Source: a virus. From it: a DNA stretch of 64,000 nt. Position numbers and translations under genes: made by a program. Below are positions 28,427-37,167 of the stretch, piece by piece. The notes under the pieces were generated by a model. The model saw only the letters and a list, made by a program, of their open reading frames with translations. It was not told the origin of the DNA and did not search any database. How positions within the stretch are numbered: the first letter of the stretch is position 1; each line of letters opens with the position of its first letter. Location of the stretch: the IMG/VR virus record IMGVR_UViG_3300028902_000368; one strand, written 5' to 3'.

Positions 28427-29104
28427 ATGTTGCAGTATCACCTGGCGGTGATGTGCTCCGAGGCGCAGCGGCGAGCGCCGTTCCTCGAGTGCGACTTCAT
28501 CGTCGGCAACATCGCCGGGGACAGTTCTCAGCCCGACGAGCTCGTCGAGGCGGGCTCCGGTCAGCGGTGGGCGCTACGGCAGGGGGCGCGGGAACGGTTG
28601 GTGCGGGGTGGGTACGCGGTCCCTGTCGCCGACGCAGCGTTCGTCGTGGAGGACTCGCCATCCGTGTGGATGATCGGTCGTCAGTCTGCGGCGATTCGAT
28701 TCCTCAAGACCCTGATCGGCGGCGTCCATGGCGAGCGGCGTCTTTCGATCCCACCCTTGGGGGTGGTGACTTCTCCGATGGAGCTTCTCTTCGTGCCTCC
28801 GGAAGGTCTGCTCTGTCGCCTTGCTGCCGCACGTCTGGCTCGGTCCATGGCCGAGAAGGCTGTGGAGTGTCAGCTCCAAGAAGCGGCTGCGGCCGCCGAA
28901 GTCGCCTACGCGCTCGCGGTGCGACCGCCAGAGGACATGACGGCTTGGGCTGGTGCAACCCGCGACGCCGACCTCTACAAGCTCGTCGCCAGTGCTTACA
29001 GTGTGTCGGGTCGGTACGGACCCGTGAGCAAGGAACTGTTCGAGCCCACCGCCGATCGCTCGAGTCGCGACCTCATCCCGAACATCGGAGACTTCCTGGC
29101 ATGA
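28427..29104 (+). CDS. Hypothetical protein (start uncertain, possibly leaderless)
   Basis: ATG lies 7 nt after TATACT (28414-28419); the ORF can also start at 28397. Confidence 0.55.
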   Translation: MLQYHLAVMCSEAQRRAPFLECDFIVGNIAGDSSQPDELVEAGSGQRWALRQGARERLVRGGYAVPVADAAFVVEDSPSVWMIGRQSAAIRFLKTLIGGVHGERRLSIPPLGVVTSPMELLFVPPEGLLCRLAAARLARSMAEKAVECQLQEAAAAAEVAYALAVRPPEDMTAWAGATRDADLYKLVASAYSVSGRYGPVSKELFEPTADRSSRDLIPNIGDFLA

Positions 29105-29481
29105 GTTTCGAGGGGACAGCGCTGTCCGACACGTCACTGGTGGAGCCCCAGCAGCGCAGGCTCAGCTACCAGGAGCGCCGAGACTTGGGCCTGTGCGTGG
29201 AGCGGTGCTGCGCGAGAGCCCCCGTTCCCGGGCGCGTCCGCTGTGCCGTGCACCTCGCCATGGTCAACCGGTCGTGCGCCAAGATCCGCGATCGCCGGTC
29301 GACCCAGGCCGACGTCGTGGAGCGGGAGCGCCAGCTGGTCGAGGCGAGCCGGGCAGCCGACGCCAGCGGCGAGCAGCCGGTCCGGCGGCCGCGGAAGACT
29401 GTCCCTCGGTCGCAGCGTCTCGGCAACTCCTTGGTCACGCGCGATGCCCAAGGTCGTGTGGTCGTCACCAAGATCGCGTAG
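29101..29481 (+). CDS. Cys-rich hypothetical protein
   Basis: GLCVERCC...RCAVH resembles the finger in 6920-7387. Confidence 0.55.
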   Translation: MSFEGTALSDTSLVEPQQRRLSYQERRDLGLCVERCCARAPVPGRVRCAVHLAMVNRSCAKIRDRRSTQADVVERERQLVEASRAADASGEQPVRRPRKTVPRSQRLGNSLVTRDAQGRVVVTKIA

Positions 29482-29484
29482 ACC

Positions 29485-29886
29485 ATGAGCGACATCAAGC
29501 CTCCGACGGGTCGACGCACGTCCGACGAGCGGATCGCCCGCTGGGAGGCTGCCTGTGGCGAGGGCTGGGCCCCCATGAGCACGACCCCGCAGGAGATGCT
29601 CGACCTCATCGCCGACCTCAAGGACGCCGAGGCGCGCGTGCTCGAGCTCGAGCGGAAGATCACCGCTGGCACCGCCCTCTTGGTCGCGCCTGCACCGCCA
29701 TGGACCGTCTTCGCGGATCGAGGCGAGCCGCTTGCCATCCTCCCCGCGGGACGCCCCGGGACAGTGCTGAACGTGAAGGGTTGGGACGCTCGTGAGGTCG
29801 ACGAGCTGGTGAGAGCCGCCAACAGGAATCGGCGGTTCATGGCGCATCGTCTCGACCTCCCGGCGGCTCTCCGGAGTCGTCGATGA
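29485..29886 (+). CDS. Hypothetical phage protein (Ead/Ea22-like segment)
   Basis: PQEMLDLIADLKDAEARVLELE. Confidence 0.5.
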   Translation: MSDIKPPTGRRTSDERIARWEAACGEGWAPMSTTPQEMLDLIADLKDAEARVLELERKITAGTALLVAPAPPWTVFADRGEPLAILPAGRPGTVLNVKGWDAREVDELVRAANRNRRFMAHRLDLPAALRSRR

Positions 29887-30140
29887 CCCACCCACTGCGC
29901 GTCATCATCGGCGGTGTCCCCGTCGACCTCGAGCTGCTGCCGTTCCAGACCGTCGGCGACGCGCGCGACATCGCCATTCGCTTGACGCGCAACACTGGGC
30001 GGCCGAAGGACGACTGGCAGGCCTACGATCGCGACGGACGGCGCCTCGACATGGACGCCTTTGCTGACGACGTCGACGAGGTCTACTTCAGTCCCCACGT
30101 CGGGGCCGGCGGCAACCGCGCCTACGCCTTCGCCGCCTGA
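29883..30140 (+). CDS. Ubiquitin-like (DUF2604-like) protein with C-terminal extension
   Basis: LRVIIGG..V.L...VGDARDIA...TGRP.DDWQ..D.DG..LD...VYFSPHVGAGG followed by NRAYAFAA. Confidence 0.65.
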   Translation: MTHPLRVIIGGVPVDLELLPFQTVGDARDIAIRLTRNTGRPKDDWQAYDRDGRRLDMDAFADDVDEVYFSPHVGAGGNRAYAFAA

Positions 30141-30147
30141 CTCGTTG

Positions 30148-30222
30148 CGCGCTCTGCAGGACTCGAACCTGCAACATCCCGACGCCATAAGCCGGGTGCT
30201 CTACCATTTGAGCTAAGAGCGC
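30148..30222 (-). ncRNA. tRNA-like RNA with 6-bp anticodon stem (loop TTATGGC, nominal ATG)
   Basis: Acceptor GCGCTCT/AGAGCGC; canonical D arm and TTCGAGT T-loop; extra base pair in the anticodon stem. Confidence 0.7.
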
Positions 30223-30225
30223 TCG

Positions 30226-30308
30226 TGGGGGAGGGTGGAATTGAACCGACCTGCCTCCACCGAGACCGCGAGGGTCACGGCGGTGCTCTGCCGATGAGCT
30301 ACTCCCCC
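30226..30308 (-). ncRNA. tRNA-like RNA with elongated anticodon arm and no 7-nt loop
   Basis: Acceptor GGGGGAG/CTCCCCC; CCGCC/GGTGG stem encloses 17 nt containing a GACC/GGTC hairpin. Confidence 0.7.
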
Positions 30309-30313
30309 GGGAT

Positions 30314-30607
30314 CTACCGCAAGAGCGGCAACGACGACAGCTGTCGTCGCACGGCCTCCTTTCGCGCGGGAACGATTCCGATGGCGGTCGCCTGCCCGAA
30401 GAAGGGCGCATCCGGCTCGTCGATCAGCACGTGTGGCACGCCCGCGCGCTCGAGGCGCTGCGCCAGCGCTTGCAGCTCCGGCTCGCCCTTCACCGTCAGG
30501 ACCACCGCGTGGGTGTCCTTCGGGAGAGCGCCCGAGCTGCTTTCGCCAGCAGCATGGACGATGTGCGCGGCCTGCAAGCCTCGCGGTAGGTCGGACCGCA
30601 CCACCAC
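30314..30607 (-). CDS. PTH2-like peptidyl-tRNA hydrolase (start uncertain)
   Basis: YVVVRSDLPRGLQAAHIVHAA...VVL.V..E.EL...EPD...TAIGIVP...LSSLPLL. Confidence 0.8.
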   Translation of the reverse strand: MVVRSDLPRGLQAAHIVHAAGESSSGALPKDTHAVVLTVKGEPELQALAQRLERAGVPHVLIDEPDAPFFGQATAIGIVPARKEAVRRQLSSLPLLR

Positions 30608-30721
30608 GTAGTGGGTCAGGGGGTCCGAGGATGCGAGCGTGGCGTCGGCGCTATGGGTTCATGACGAGAGGTCCCGGAGGGGCTGCGAGCGAAGGTGGCT
30701 ACTGACCGGAGGGGTTCCACC

Positions 30722-30750
30722 AGAATGGGAACGGTCTCGCGCCCTGTCAA
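30722..30750 (-). promoter_or_regulatory. Sigma70-like promoter of the PTH2/tRNA-like unit
   Basis: TTGACA-N17-CATTCT. Confidence 0.65.
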
Positions 30751-31133
30751 GAGGGCCAGCGGGCCGGGCGGGTCGACCGACGCCGAATCCGCACGTTTCT
30801 GCGGCGGCGGGGCGACCGGGCCTTGAGGTGCGGGCGGGGCGGAGGGGGCGTCAGCGCGAGCCAGGTGAGGGGAGGGGGCACCCAGGCGGCCTCAACCCGT
30901 TCGCCCGCGGGCAGGCGCGGGCGGGCAGCCGCGCGCGAGGCCAGGCGCATGGCCACGCTCGCGTTGGCCACGACCTCCCCGAACGCCTTCAGGAGGCGGC
31001 GGTAGGCGGCGGGCGGGGGCGCGGCGAGCGGCCCTTGGGCGTAGAGGGCGCTCGGCGGCCAGTTGCACCCGATGGCCATCGTGGCGTGGTCGTACGACAG
31101 GTTCGTCGTCCGGATCGACGTCTGCGCGAACAT
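30747..31133 (-). CDS. Hypothetical protein
   Basis: Start MFAQTS just after the ruvA stop. Confidence 0.45.
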   Translation of the reverse strand: MFAQTSIRTTNLSYDHATMAIGCNWPPSALYAQGPLAAPPPAAYRRLLKAFGEVVANASVAMRLASRAAARPRLPAGERVEAAWVPPPLTWLALTPPPPRPHLKARSPRRRRNVRIRRRSTRPARWPS

Positions 31134-31143
31134 CCTCGGCAGT

Positions 31144-31762
31144 CTACCGGCTCGTGAAGGCCAGCGCCTCACGCAGAAGGTCGGGCAGCGGGACATCGGT
31201 CGCGATGCGAGCTCGGATGGCTTCCACCGCGTGCTCCACCACCGCGGGCTTGAAGCCCAGGCCAGCCAGCGCCCCTTGGAGCGACTGGGTCCTCTCCCGC
31301 ACGTAGGCCGAGGGCGCTTGGATCGCTCCCTTGCCCGCGGCGGCGGGGACGGCGGGGCTACCGGGAACCATCCCGAGCTTCCCCGCCAGCTCGAGCACGA
31401 TCCGCTCGGCCGTCTTCTTGCCGATGCCGGGCACGTCCGTCAGGCGCGCGAGGTCCTTGCCCTCGACCGCATCGCGCAGGCTCGTCACGGGGAGTGCCGA
31501 CCGCCGTCTTCGGACCGATGCCCGACACCGCGAGCATCGCACGGAAGACCGCTCGCTCCATCTGCGACGCGAACCCGAAGAGCTGAAACGCATCCTCGCG
31601 CACAACCGTGTGCACGTGGACTACCACCCGCTCCTCCGGCTCGTGCTGTGCCCGCGCGACCGTACCCGCTGGCACGGTCACGTCGTAGCCGACGCCACCC
31701 ACGTCGATCGTGCACACGTCGTCGTCCTGCGCGACCACGCGACCGACCAAGCGCCCGATCAC
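31144..31762 (-). pseudogene. ruvA: Holliday junction branch-migration protein RuvA, frameshifted near 31495
   Basis: MIGRLVG...VGGVGY...[16 protein letters not shown]...VSGIGPKTA in one frame; [19 protein letters not shown]...LAGLGF in another. Confidence 0.85.
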
Positions 31763-31926
31763 AGCCACCCCAAGGCGGCGAACCGCCAGATGACCAGCAG
31801 GTACGCCACCACCAAGCCCGAGAGCACGGCCAGCCGCCGCATCGACGCCCGGCCCTCCGCGCGGCGATGGGCCAGCTCGGCCTCGACGCAGGGCCCGCAC
31901 TTCGGGTAGCGCGCATTGACGCTCAC
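31759..31926 (-). CDS. Small membrane protein
   Basis: CGPC motif plus C-terminal TM helix; GTGA overlap with ruvA. Confidence 0.5.
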   Translation of the reverse strand: MSVNARYPKCGPCVEAELAHRRAEGRASMRRLAVLSGLVVAYLLVIWRFAALGWL

Positions 31927-32129
31927 GATTTCTCTCCGAGGTACGGGCCGTACACGCCGGGAGAGACCATGTTGGCGCGGGTCGGGTCGACACGAGCGGG
32001 GGTGCGACGCGCTTCGATCTCCGCCGGCCTGAAGCAGCGGATACAACGGACGGAGGAGTCAGGCACACGCGCCCGGAGGATGGCTTCCTCATCATCGGTG
32101 AGACAGGATCGACAGATCGGGTAGCTCAC
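31923..32129 (-). CDS. Small zinc-finger protein
   Basis: CRSC...CIRC; GTGA overlap. Confidence 0.5.
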   Translation of the reverse strand: MSYPICRSCLTDDEEAILRARVPDSSVRCIRCFRPAEIEARRTPARVDPTRANMVSPGVYGPYLGEKS

Positions 32130-32220
32130 GCTGCACCCCCCCTTCGGCACGGCATCGTCGAACGGCCCACCATGGCCCTAGTATGGCCCTGTCCGGACCG
32201 TTCGGTCAACCCAGCGCCCG

Positions 32221-32838
32221 TCAGGCCGAGGGCTTGGACTTGGCAGCGTCTCTCTCCGCCACGCGCGAGAACAGTTCCACAAACGCAGCGGACTGGCCGG
32301 GCTCGAGGTTCCCGATGAGGATCTTGACACCTTCCTCGTCGAGGGCGCGCACGAAGCTGAAGGTCCCCATGATGGCGCCGATGTCACCGGAGCGGGCCGC
32401 GAGCAGCGTCTTGCGGTCCATACCCGCGATCTGCGCCTTGAAGAGCGCTTTCGAGATGTTCTCGATCTGCTCGTCGGTCAGCGTGCCGAGCAGGATGCCC
32501 ATCTCTGCGATCGGCAGCTTGCTTTGCAGGTCGTTATTGATCGCCCGAAGCGTGCCGTTCTTGTCGAACACCTTCTGGATGCTCTGCACGAGCGTTGGCA
32601 GGTACGCTTGGAACACTGGCGTCAGCAGCGTGAACAGCTTCTCCCGCTTGTCCATCAAGAACTTCGCGTGCTCGCTCTTGAGGAGTTCGTCCTTCTCGCG
32701 CAGATCCATCTCGCGCTTGCGCATGTCCTGCTCACCCTCGAGCAGGGTGACCATGCGCCCCACCAGGTGGGTGCTCGTGTGGACTTGGTGCTCCAAGAGC
32801 TCGCGCTCGCGCTGCTCGGCGGTCGGGGTCTTGGCCAT
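32221..32838 (-). CDS. Coiled-coil hypothetical protein
   Basis: TGATG overlap with the upstream gene; GGAGG RBS. Confidence 0.7.
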   Translation of the reverse strand: MAKTPTAEQRERELLEHQVHTSTHLVGRMVTLLEGEQDMRKREMDLREKDELLKSEHAKFLMDKREKLFTLLTPVFQAYLPTLVQSIQKVFDKNGTLRAINNDLQSKLPIAEMGILLGTLTDEQIENISKALFKAQIAGMDRKTLLAARSGDIGAIMGTFSFVRALDEEGVKILIGNLEPGQSAAFVELFSRVAERDAAKSKPSA

Positions 32839-33818
32839 CAGAGCACCACCTCCCGGCCCGCGAGCGATACCGCCGAGAGCTGCACCTCGCGGGAACCCAC
32901 GTTGCAGACGCGCAGCGCGACCGTCTGCCCGTTGGCGACGCGGTCGAAGCCGAGCTTCTGGCCCTTGAAGTGGCTCACGGGCACGGCGCCCGTGCCGATG
33001 AACTGAGACACCCCACCGACCAAGATGTCTTGGATCAAGAGGCGATTCACGTCGTCGGACGTGATGAGACCACCGTCTTCGCGCGGTAGGCTCGCCGAGA
33101 AGTCCAGCTCGGTGATCTGCACCTCCTCTTGGGGCACCACCTCCATCGTCGCCTGCGCGTTGGGCGCCAGCCGCCTCTCGGCGAAGGTGATCCACGACGT
33201 CGTCGGTCCAGCGTCGGACGACACTTCCGGGTACATCCGGCGCAGGTGCTCGACCATCGCCGCGGTGGCGCGACCATCCGCGCCATCGGTCGCGCCGTAC
33301 TGGCTCTTGGGCATGAGGCACTCCGTGTCGGGCGGGACCTCTTCGTAGAGCTGGCGGAGCGACTCCCGGATGCGCAGAGCGCCGTTGGACCGCATCGCGT
33401 CCCCGAACATCGTCGCATAGACGACGACCGGCACGGTTCCGCGGTTGCTGACGGACAGGACGTGATGAAGGCCAGCATCGCTCGCCGGCAGGTGCAGGTC
33501 CTTGTTGCCGAAGCTGCGGATCGGTACGCCACCCACGGTCGAGAAGTCCGACTGGGTCCCGGTCCTGAGGTCGTCCACGAAGACTTGGTTGATGTCCGAC
33601 TCCAGCAACGGCTCGGGCCGTTCGGCAGCGGCAGGCGCTGACACCGTGATCGCGAGGTGGCGTGCTGCGAACATGTGCTGCGGATACGCAGCCAACTCTC
33701 GCGTGGTGCCAGGAGAAACGATCTGACTGCGGAACGGCAGCACCAGCTTGCGGCGCTGGCACGTGTCGAGCTGCTCGATGATGGACGAGAGACGGGAACG
33801 GACCGTGAGACTGCTCAT
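32838..33818 (-). CDS. Protein with two tandem copies of the beta-domain of 3518-4087
   Basis: LPF...PQ.MF...FVDDLRTGTQSDF...GVP...LSVSN....V.VYATMFG, and a second copy IQDILVGGVSQF...GAVP...LRVCNVG. Confidence 0.65.
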   Translation of the reverse strand: MSSLTVRSRLSSIIEQLDTCQRRKLVLPFRSQIVSPGTTRELAAYPQHMFAARHLAITVSAPAAAERPEPLLESDINQVFVDDLRTGTQSDFSTVGGVPIRSFGNKDLHLPASDAGLHHVLSVSNRGTVPVVVYATMFGDAMRSNGALRIRESLRQLYEEVPPDTECLMPKSQYGATDGADGRATAAMVEHLRRMYPEVSSDAGPTTSWITFAERRLAPNAQATMEVVPQEEVQITELDFSASLPREDGGLITSDDVNRLLIQDILVGGVSQFIGTGAVPVSHFKGQKLGFDRVANGQTVALRVCNVGSREVQLSAVSLAGREVVL

Positions 33819-33898
33819 GGTCCACACGGTACGCGCCGAGGTCCAAAACTGTCCACCGAACGGTCCCGCACCTGGCAAGGTACGGACCAGAACGCTTC

Positions 33899-34348
33899 CT
33901 ACGGGGCCGTCGGGGCGTCCGACTTCGGCTCCTCGTCCGCGTCCTTCTTCGCCTCGGCCTTCAACTTCTCCGCCTTCGCCTCGGCCTCCTTCGCCTCCTT
34001 CTCGTCGTCGATCGAGAGGAGCCGACCCACCGGGACGTCCTTGAAGCCCGCCTTCGACAGCACCGCCGTCAGCACGCTCTTGACCATGACGTCGTGCCCC
34101 ACGACCGGCAGGAACCCCGCGAACAGACCCCGCAGGATCGCCATCTTCCAGACGGTCGCGAACAGGGTGTGGTCCACCACCGCGGCCACCAGCCCGAGCG
34201 CGATCGACAGCGGGGCGTACCAGCGCTTGTTGTGGATGGTGAACGGAAACACCGTGTCCGCCTTGAGCAAGCGGATGAAGGCGCCGATCAGTACCGCGGC
34301 GACCAGCACGAACCAGTGGGTCTTGACGAGGGTGGTTACTTCGGTCAC
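33899..34348 (-). CDS. Three-TM membrane protein with charged C-terminus (holin-like)
   Basis: WFVLVAAVLIGAFI, LSIALGLVAAVV and ILRGLFAGFLPVV; start uncertain. Confidence 0.55.
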   Translation of the reverse strand: MTEVTTLVKTHWFVLVAAVLIGAFIRLLKADTVFPFTIHNKRWYAPLSIALGLVAAVVDHTLFATVWKMAILRGLFAGFLPVVGHDVMVKSVLTAVLSKAGFKDVPVGRLLSIDDEKEAKEAEAKAEKLKAEAKKDADEEPKSDAPTAP

Positions 34349-34363
34349 CCAGGAACGGTACCA

Positions 34364-34436
34364 GAGCCGCCGACGGGAATCGAACCCGCGCCGGGCCCCT
34401 ACAAGTGGGCCCCTCCCGCCACTGGGACAACGGCCC
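34364..34436 (-). tRNA. tRNA-Thr(TGT)-like, irregular anticodon arm
   Basis: Acceptor GGGCCGT/GCGGCTC; GGGCCC-ACTTGTAG-GGGCCC arm; TTCGATT T-loop. Confidence 0.55.
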
Positions 34437-34507
34437 AAGAATGGTACCGGGCTCGAGGACGGGCCTCAATCCCGAAGCGCAGCGCGAGCGCGTGGTAGGA
34501 TGGCGAG

Positions 34508-35017
34508 GTGACCGAGCCCGCTGTCGACCCCATCCACGAAGCCCGCTACCACTCTTGGCGCACGTTCATGCGGGACACGAGCAAGACCAGGGGCCGCCCG
34601 ATCCACCCCTCCGTCCGCGAGAAGGCGCGCGCCGAGCTCGAGACCTTGGGGCCCGCGGAGCGGCCCAGCTGCGCCGAACGACTCACCCAGCTCGCGCAGC
34701 TCGAGCCGGGGTGGCTCTACGGCAAGGGCGAACCCATCCCCGCCTCCGAGGTCACCTGGCTGATCGCGCTCTTCGCGCGCCTCGAGATCCTCGGCGTCCC
34801 CCAACCGCACCTGTTCCCCACGCCCGAGGGTCACGTTCAGGCCGAGTGGAACCTGCCCCACGGGGACATCGAGGCACGGTTCTGCGACGGCACAGCCGAG
34901 TGCGTGTTCACCCGGTGGGCCGGGCACGACGATGTCGACGTGTTCGAGACCACCATCGCGCTCCACAACGAGGAGGGCGTCGCGGCGCTCGTCAACCTCG
35001 TCCGGCGCTTCGCCTGA
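34508..35017 (+). CDS. Hypothetical protein
   Basis: Isolated + strand gene; PHLFPTPEGHVQAEW motif. Confidence 0.65.
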   Translation: MTEPAVDPIHEARYHSWRTFMRDTSKTRGRPIHPSVREKARAELETLGPAERPSCAERLTQLAQLEPGWLYGKGEPIPASEVTWLIALFARLEILGVPQPHLFPTPEGHVQAEWNLPHGDIEARFCDGTAECVFTRWAGHDDVDVFETTIALHNEEGVAALVNLVRRFA

Positions 35018-35822
35018 GATCGGTCTCCACGTCGGCGATCGACGTCACGAAGATCGGGAAGGGGCCATCGGATCCGTCACCGCGGAAGTGTAGGCCGCTC
35101 TCGTCGGACGAGACCCTGGTGAACATCTCGACCAGCCGTGCACGCTGCATCGCGTGACGCACCGACAGCGGGTTGCCACGCCCCTGCTGCACCATGCGTT
35201 CGGTGACCGCTGCGGTGACGCTGCTGTTGCAGATCGAGATCCACTGACCGTTCGGCATCCGGGCGGCCGCGAACACTTCGGCGGGCGAATGCTCCATGAC
35301 TTCGCTCAGCAGTTTCCCTGCGCTCACCTCGTAGACCTTCGACATCGGCACGTTCTTGTTCAACGTGCGCAGCACCTCGAAGAACTCGAAGGGGAACTCG
35401 CCCTCGACCGCCACCGCGTAGCTCGTGGACTCGGTACCCGCGCAGATGATCTGGTTGTCCACCACCACGGATGGCACCACCCACACGATGCCCGTCGCCT
35501 CCATCGTGCGCGTGCGGAACCACTTCACCATGGCGGAGGTGTTCGACCGATCGACGACCAGCCCCTTCAAGTGCTCCCAGCGCGCGGGCGTCCCCGCGGC
35601 GAACTTGTAGACGACGGCGCCCGCCAGCACCGCGGCCGCCACCGAGCACAGCTGACCGTTGCGCGAGTGCGGCCCGATGATGGTCGCGGCCCCGGCGAAC
35701 AGGCCGAAGAACCAGACCTCCAGCGGGATGCGGGCGAGCGAAGGGTTCGTCCATCGACCCGCCATGAAGCCGACCATCGCTAGCAAGGCGGGGATGAAGA
35801 CGAAGAGTTCCGCGATCGTCAT
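34992..35822 (-). CDS. Membrane protein with three N-terminal TM segments
   Basis: ATGA overlap; hydrophobic N-terminal 75 aa. Confidence 0.65.
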   Translation of the reverse strand: MTIAELFVFIPALLAMVGFMAGRWTNPSLARIPLEVWFFGLFAGAATIIGPHSRNGQLCSVAAAVLAGAVVYKFAAGTPARWEHLKGLVVDRSNTSAMVKWFRTRTMEATGIVWVVPSVVVDNQIICAGTESTSYAVAVEGEFPFEFFEVLRTLNKNVPMSKVYEVSAGKLLSEVMEHSPAEVFAAARMPNGQWISICNSSVTAAVTERMVQQGRGNPLSVRHAMQRARLVEMFTRVSSDESGLHFRGDGSDGPFPIFVTSIADVETDLRRSAGRG

Positions 35823-36415
35823 GCCACCGCCTCCTGCACGAAGAAGTCCTTCACCCACTCGACCCAGGCCGGAGGGATGTCCTTCGGGTCGAACCTCGGG
35901 CCCATCATCGGCAGATGCTTCGGCTTGTGCGGACGGCGCAGGAGCTTCATGCCCGCCTGCTCCGGCGTCCGGTTCGCCTTCCTCGAGTTGCACGGGTAGC
36001 AGGCCGAGACGATGTTCTCCCAGACCGTCTTGCCACCATGCTCCCGCGGGACGACGTGGTCGTAGTTGAGCTCGTGCATCCGCTTCGGGCTGCCGCAGTA
36101 GCAGCAGCTGAACCCGTCGCGCGTGAACACGTTCATCCTCGAGAACTTGATCGCCTTCTTGAGGCGGGGCGTCGGCTTCGACAGGCGGACCACCGAGGGC
36201 ATGTGGATGGTCAGGTCGCCCTTCTGGTAGATGATCTCGTCGGTGTGCTCCACCACCTCGACCTTGTTCGTGTAGATCATCGTGATCGCGCGATCCCACG
36301 ACACGACCTTGTGGGGCGCATACCCGTTCGTGAGCACGAGTACACGATGCTCGTGCTGACGTTGTGGCGCCCGCTCGACCTCCTCCACGACCCTCTTGCG
36401 TTCCGCCCCGTTCAC
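35819..36415 (-). CDS. HNH endonuclease (McrA-like)
   Basis: VLVL...SW.RA...PSVVRL...FSRMNVFTRDGFSCCYCG...DHVVPR.HGG...WENIVSAC..CN.RK. Confidence 0.92.
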   Translation of the reverse strand: MNGAERKRVVEEVERAPQRQHEHRVLVLTNGYAPHKVVSWDRAITMIYTNKVEVVEHTDEIIYQKGDLTIHMPSVVRLSKPTPRLKKAIKFSRMNVFTRDGFSCCYCGSPKRMHELNYDHVVPREHGGKTVWENIVSACYPCNSRKANRTPEQAGMKLLRRPHKPKHLPMMGPRFDPKDIPPAWVEWVKDFFVQEAVA

Positions 36416-37074
36416 GACAGCACCCTTTTCTCGCACTCGGCCTTGTAGATCATCGCCTCCAAGCGCCGGATCCGTTCATCGTACATCACCGCGCGCGCCA
36501 GTACCGCCACCAGGCACACGGTCCAGCGCATCGCGAGACGGCCACGGGTCACCGAGTCCTTGGTCTCGTGCTCGTCCAGCACCTCCCACAGGATCTTGGT
36601 GACGTAGAGGGGCAACCCGAGCCGATGGCTCTCCTCCACCGCACGCCACTGGTCGAGGTCGCCGCGCATCTCCCGTTCGTGGTCGGCCACGATCGTTAGG
36701 TTGTCTGGACGCGCCGCTTCCACGTGGAGCCGAATCCCCCAGAGGGTCACGTGCTCGCCGATGGCCGTCAGCATCGCCTCTCGAGGTGCCGTCTCGACAG
36801 AGGGGCCCTTGCGGGCGCCTGCCAGCCGGATGAGGGTCGACAACGCGGACACCGTCATCGACTGACGGGATGCACGGGAAGCGTTCCCCACCTCGCACTC
36901 CCACAGGGCCAAGAGCGCGTCCATGACGGCGGACTCGATCCGCTCGGACTCGTCCGCGCCTTGCGCGACTTGGTTCGCCAAGAGCCCCATCGCGTTCGTG
37001 AGCGGCAACGCCTTCACGAGGAAGGCCGTGTCCTCCTCAGCTGCGACGTCAACGATCAGCTTCGCGGGGTTCAT
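36412..37074 (-). CDS. Hypothetical protein
   Basis: GTGA overlap; helical. Confidence 0.65.
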   Translation of the reverse strand: MNPAKLIVDVAAEEDTAFLVKALPLTNAMGLLANQVAQGADESERIESAVMDALLALWECEVGNASRASRQSMTVSALSTLIRLAGARKGPSVETAPREAMLTAIGEHVTLWGIRLHVEAARPDNLTIVADHEREMRGDLDQWRAVEESHRLGLPLYVTKILWEVLDEHETKDSVTRGRLAMRWTVCLVAVLARAVMYDERIRRLEAMIYKAECEKRVLS

Positions 37075-37084
37075 CGGTGACTCG

Positions 37085-37166
37085 TGGTGCGAGAGGAGAG
37101 GATCGAACTCCCATGGGCATCGTGGCCCGGGCTCTCGCCCGCGTCTTCCGGTTCCGCCACTCTCGC
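37085..37166 (-). ncRNA. tRNA-Leu-like RNA with the anticodon loop replaced by a GAGA tetraloop
   Basis: Leu-type D arm, long variable arm, A73 and encoded CCA; anticodon arm is GGGC-GAGA-GCCC. Confidence 0.75.
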
Positions 37167-37167
37167 G

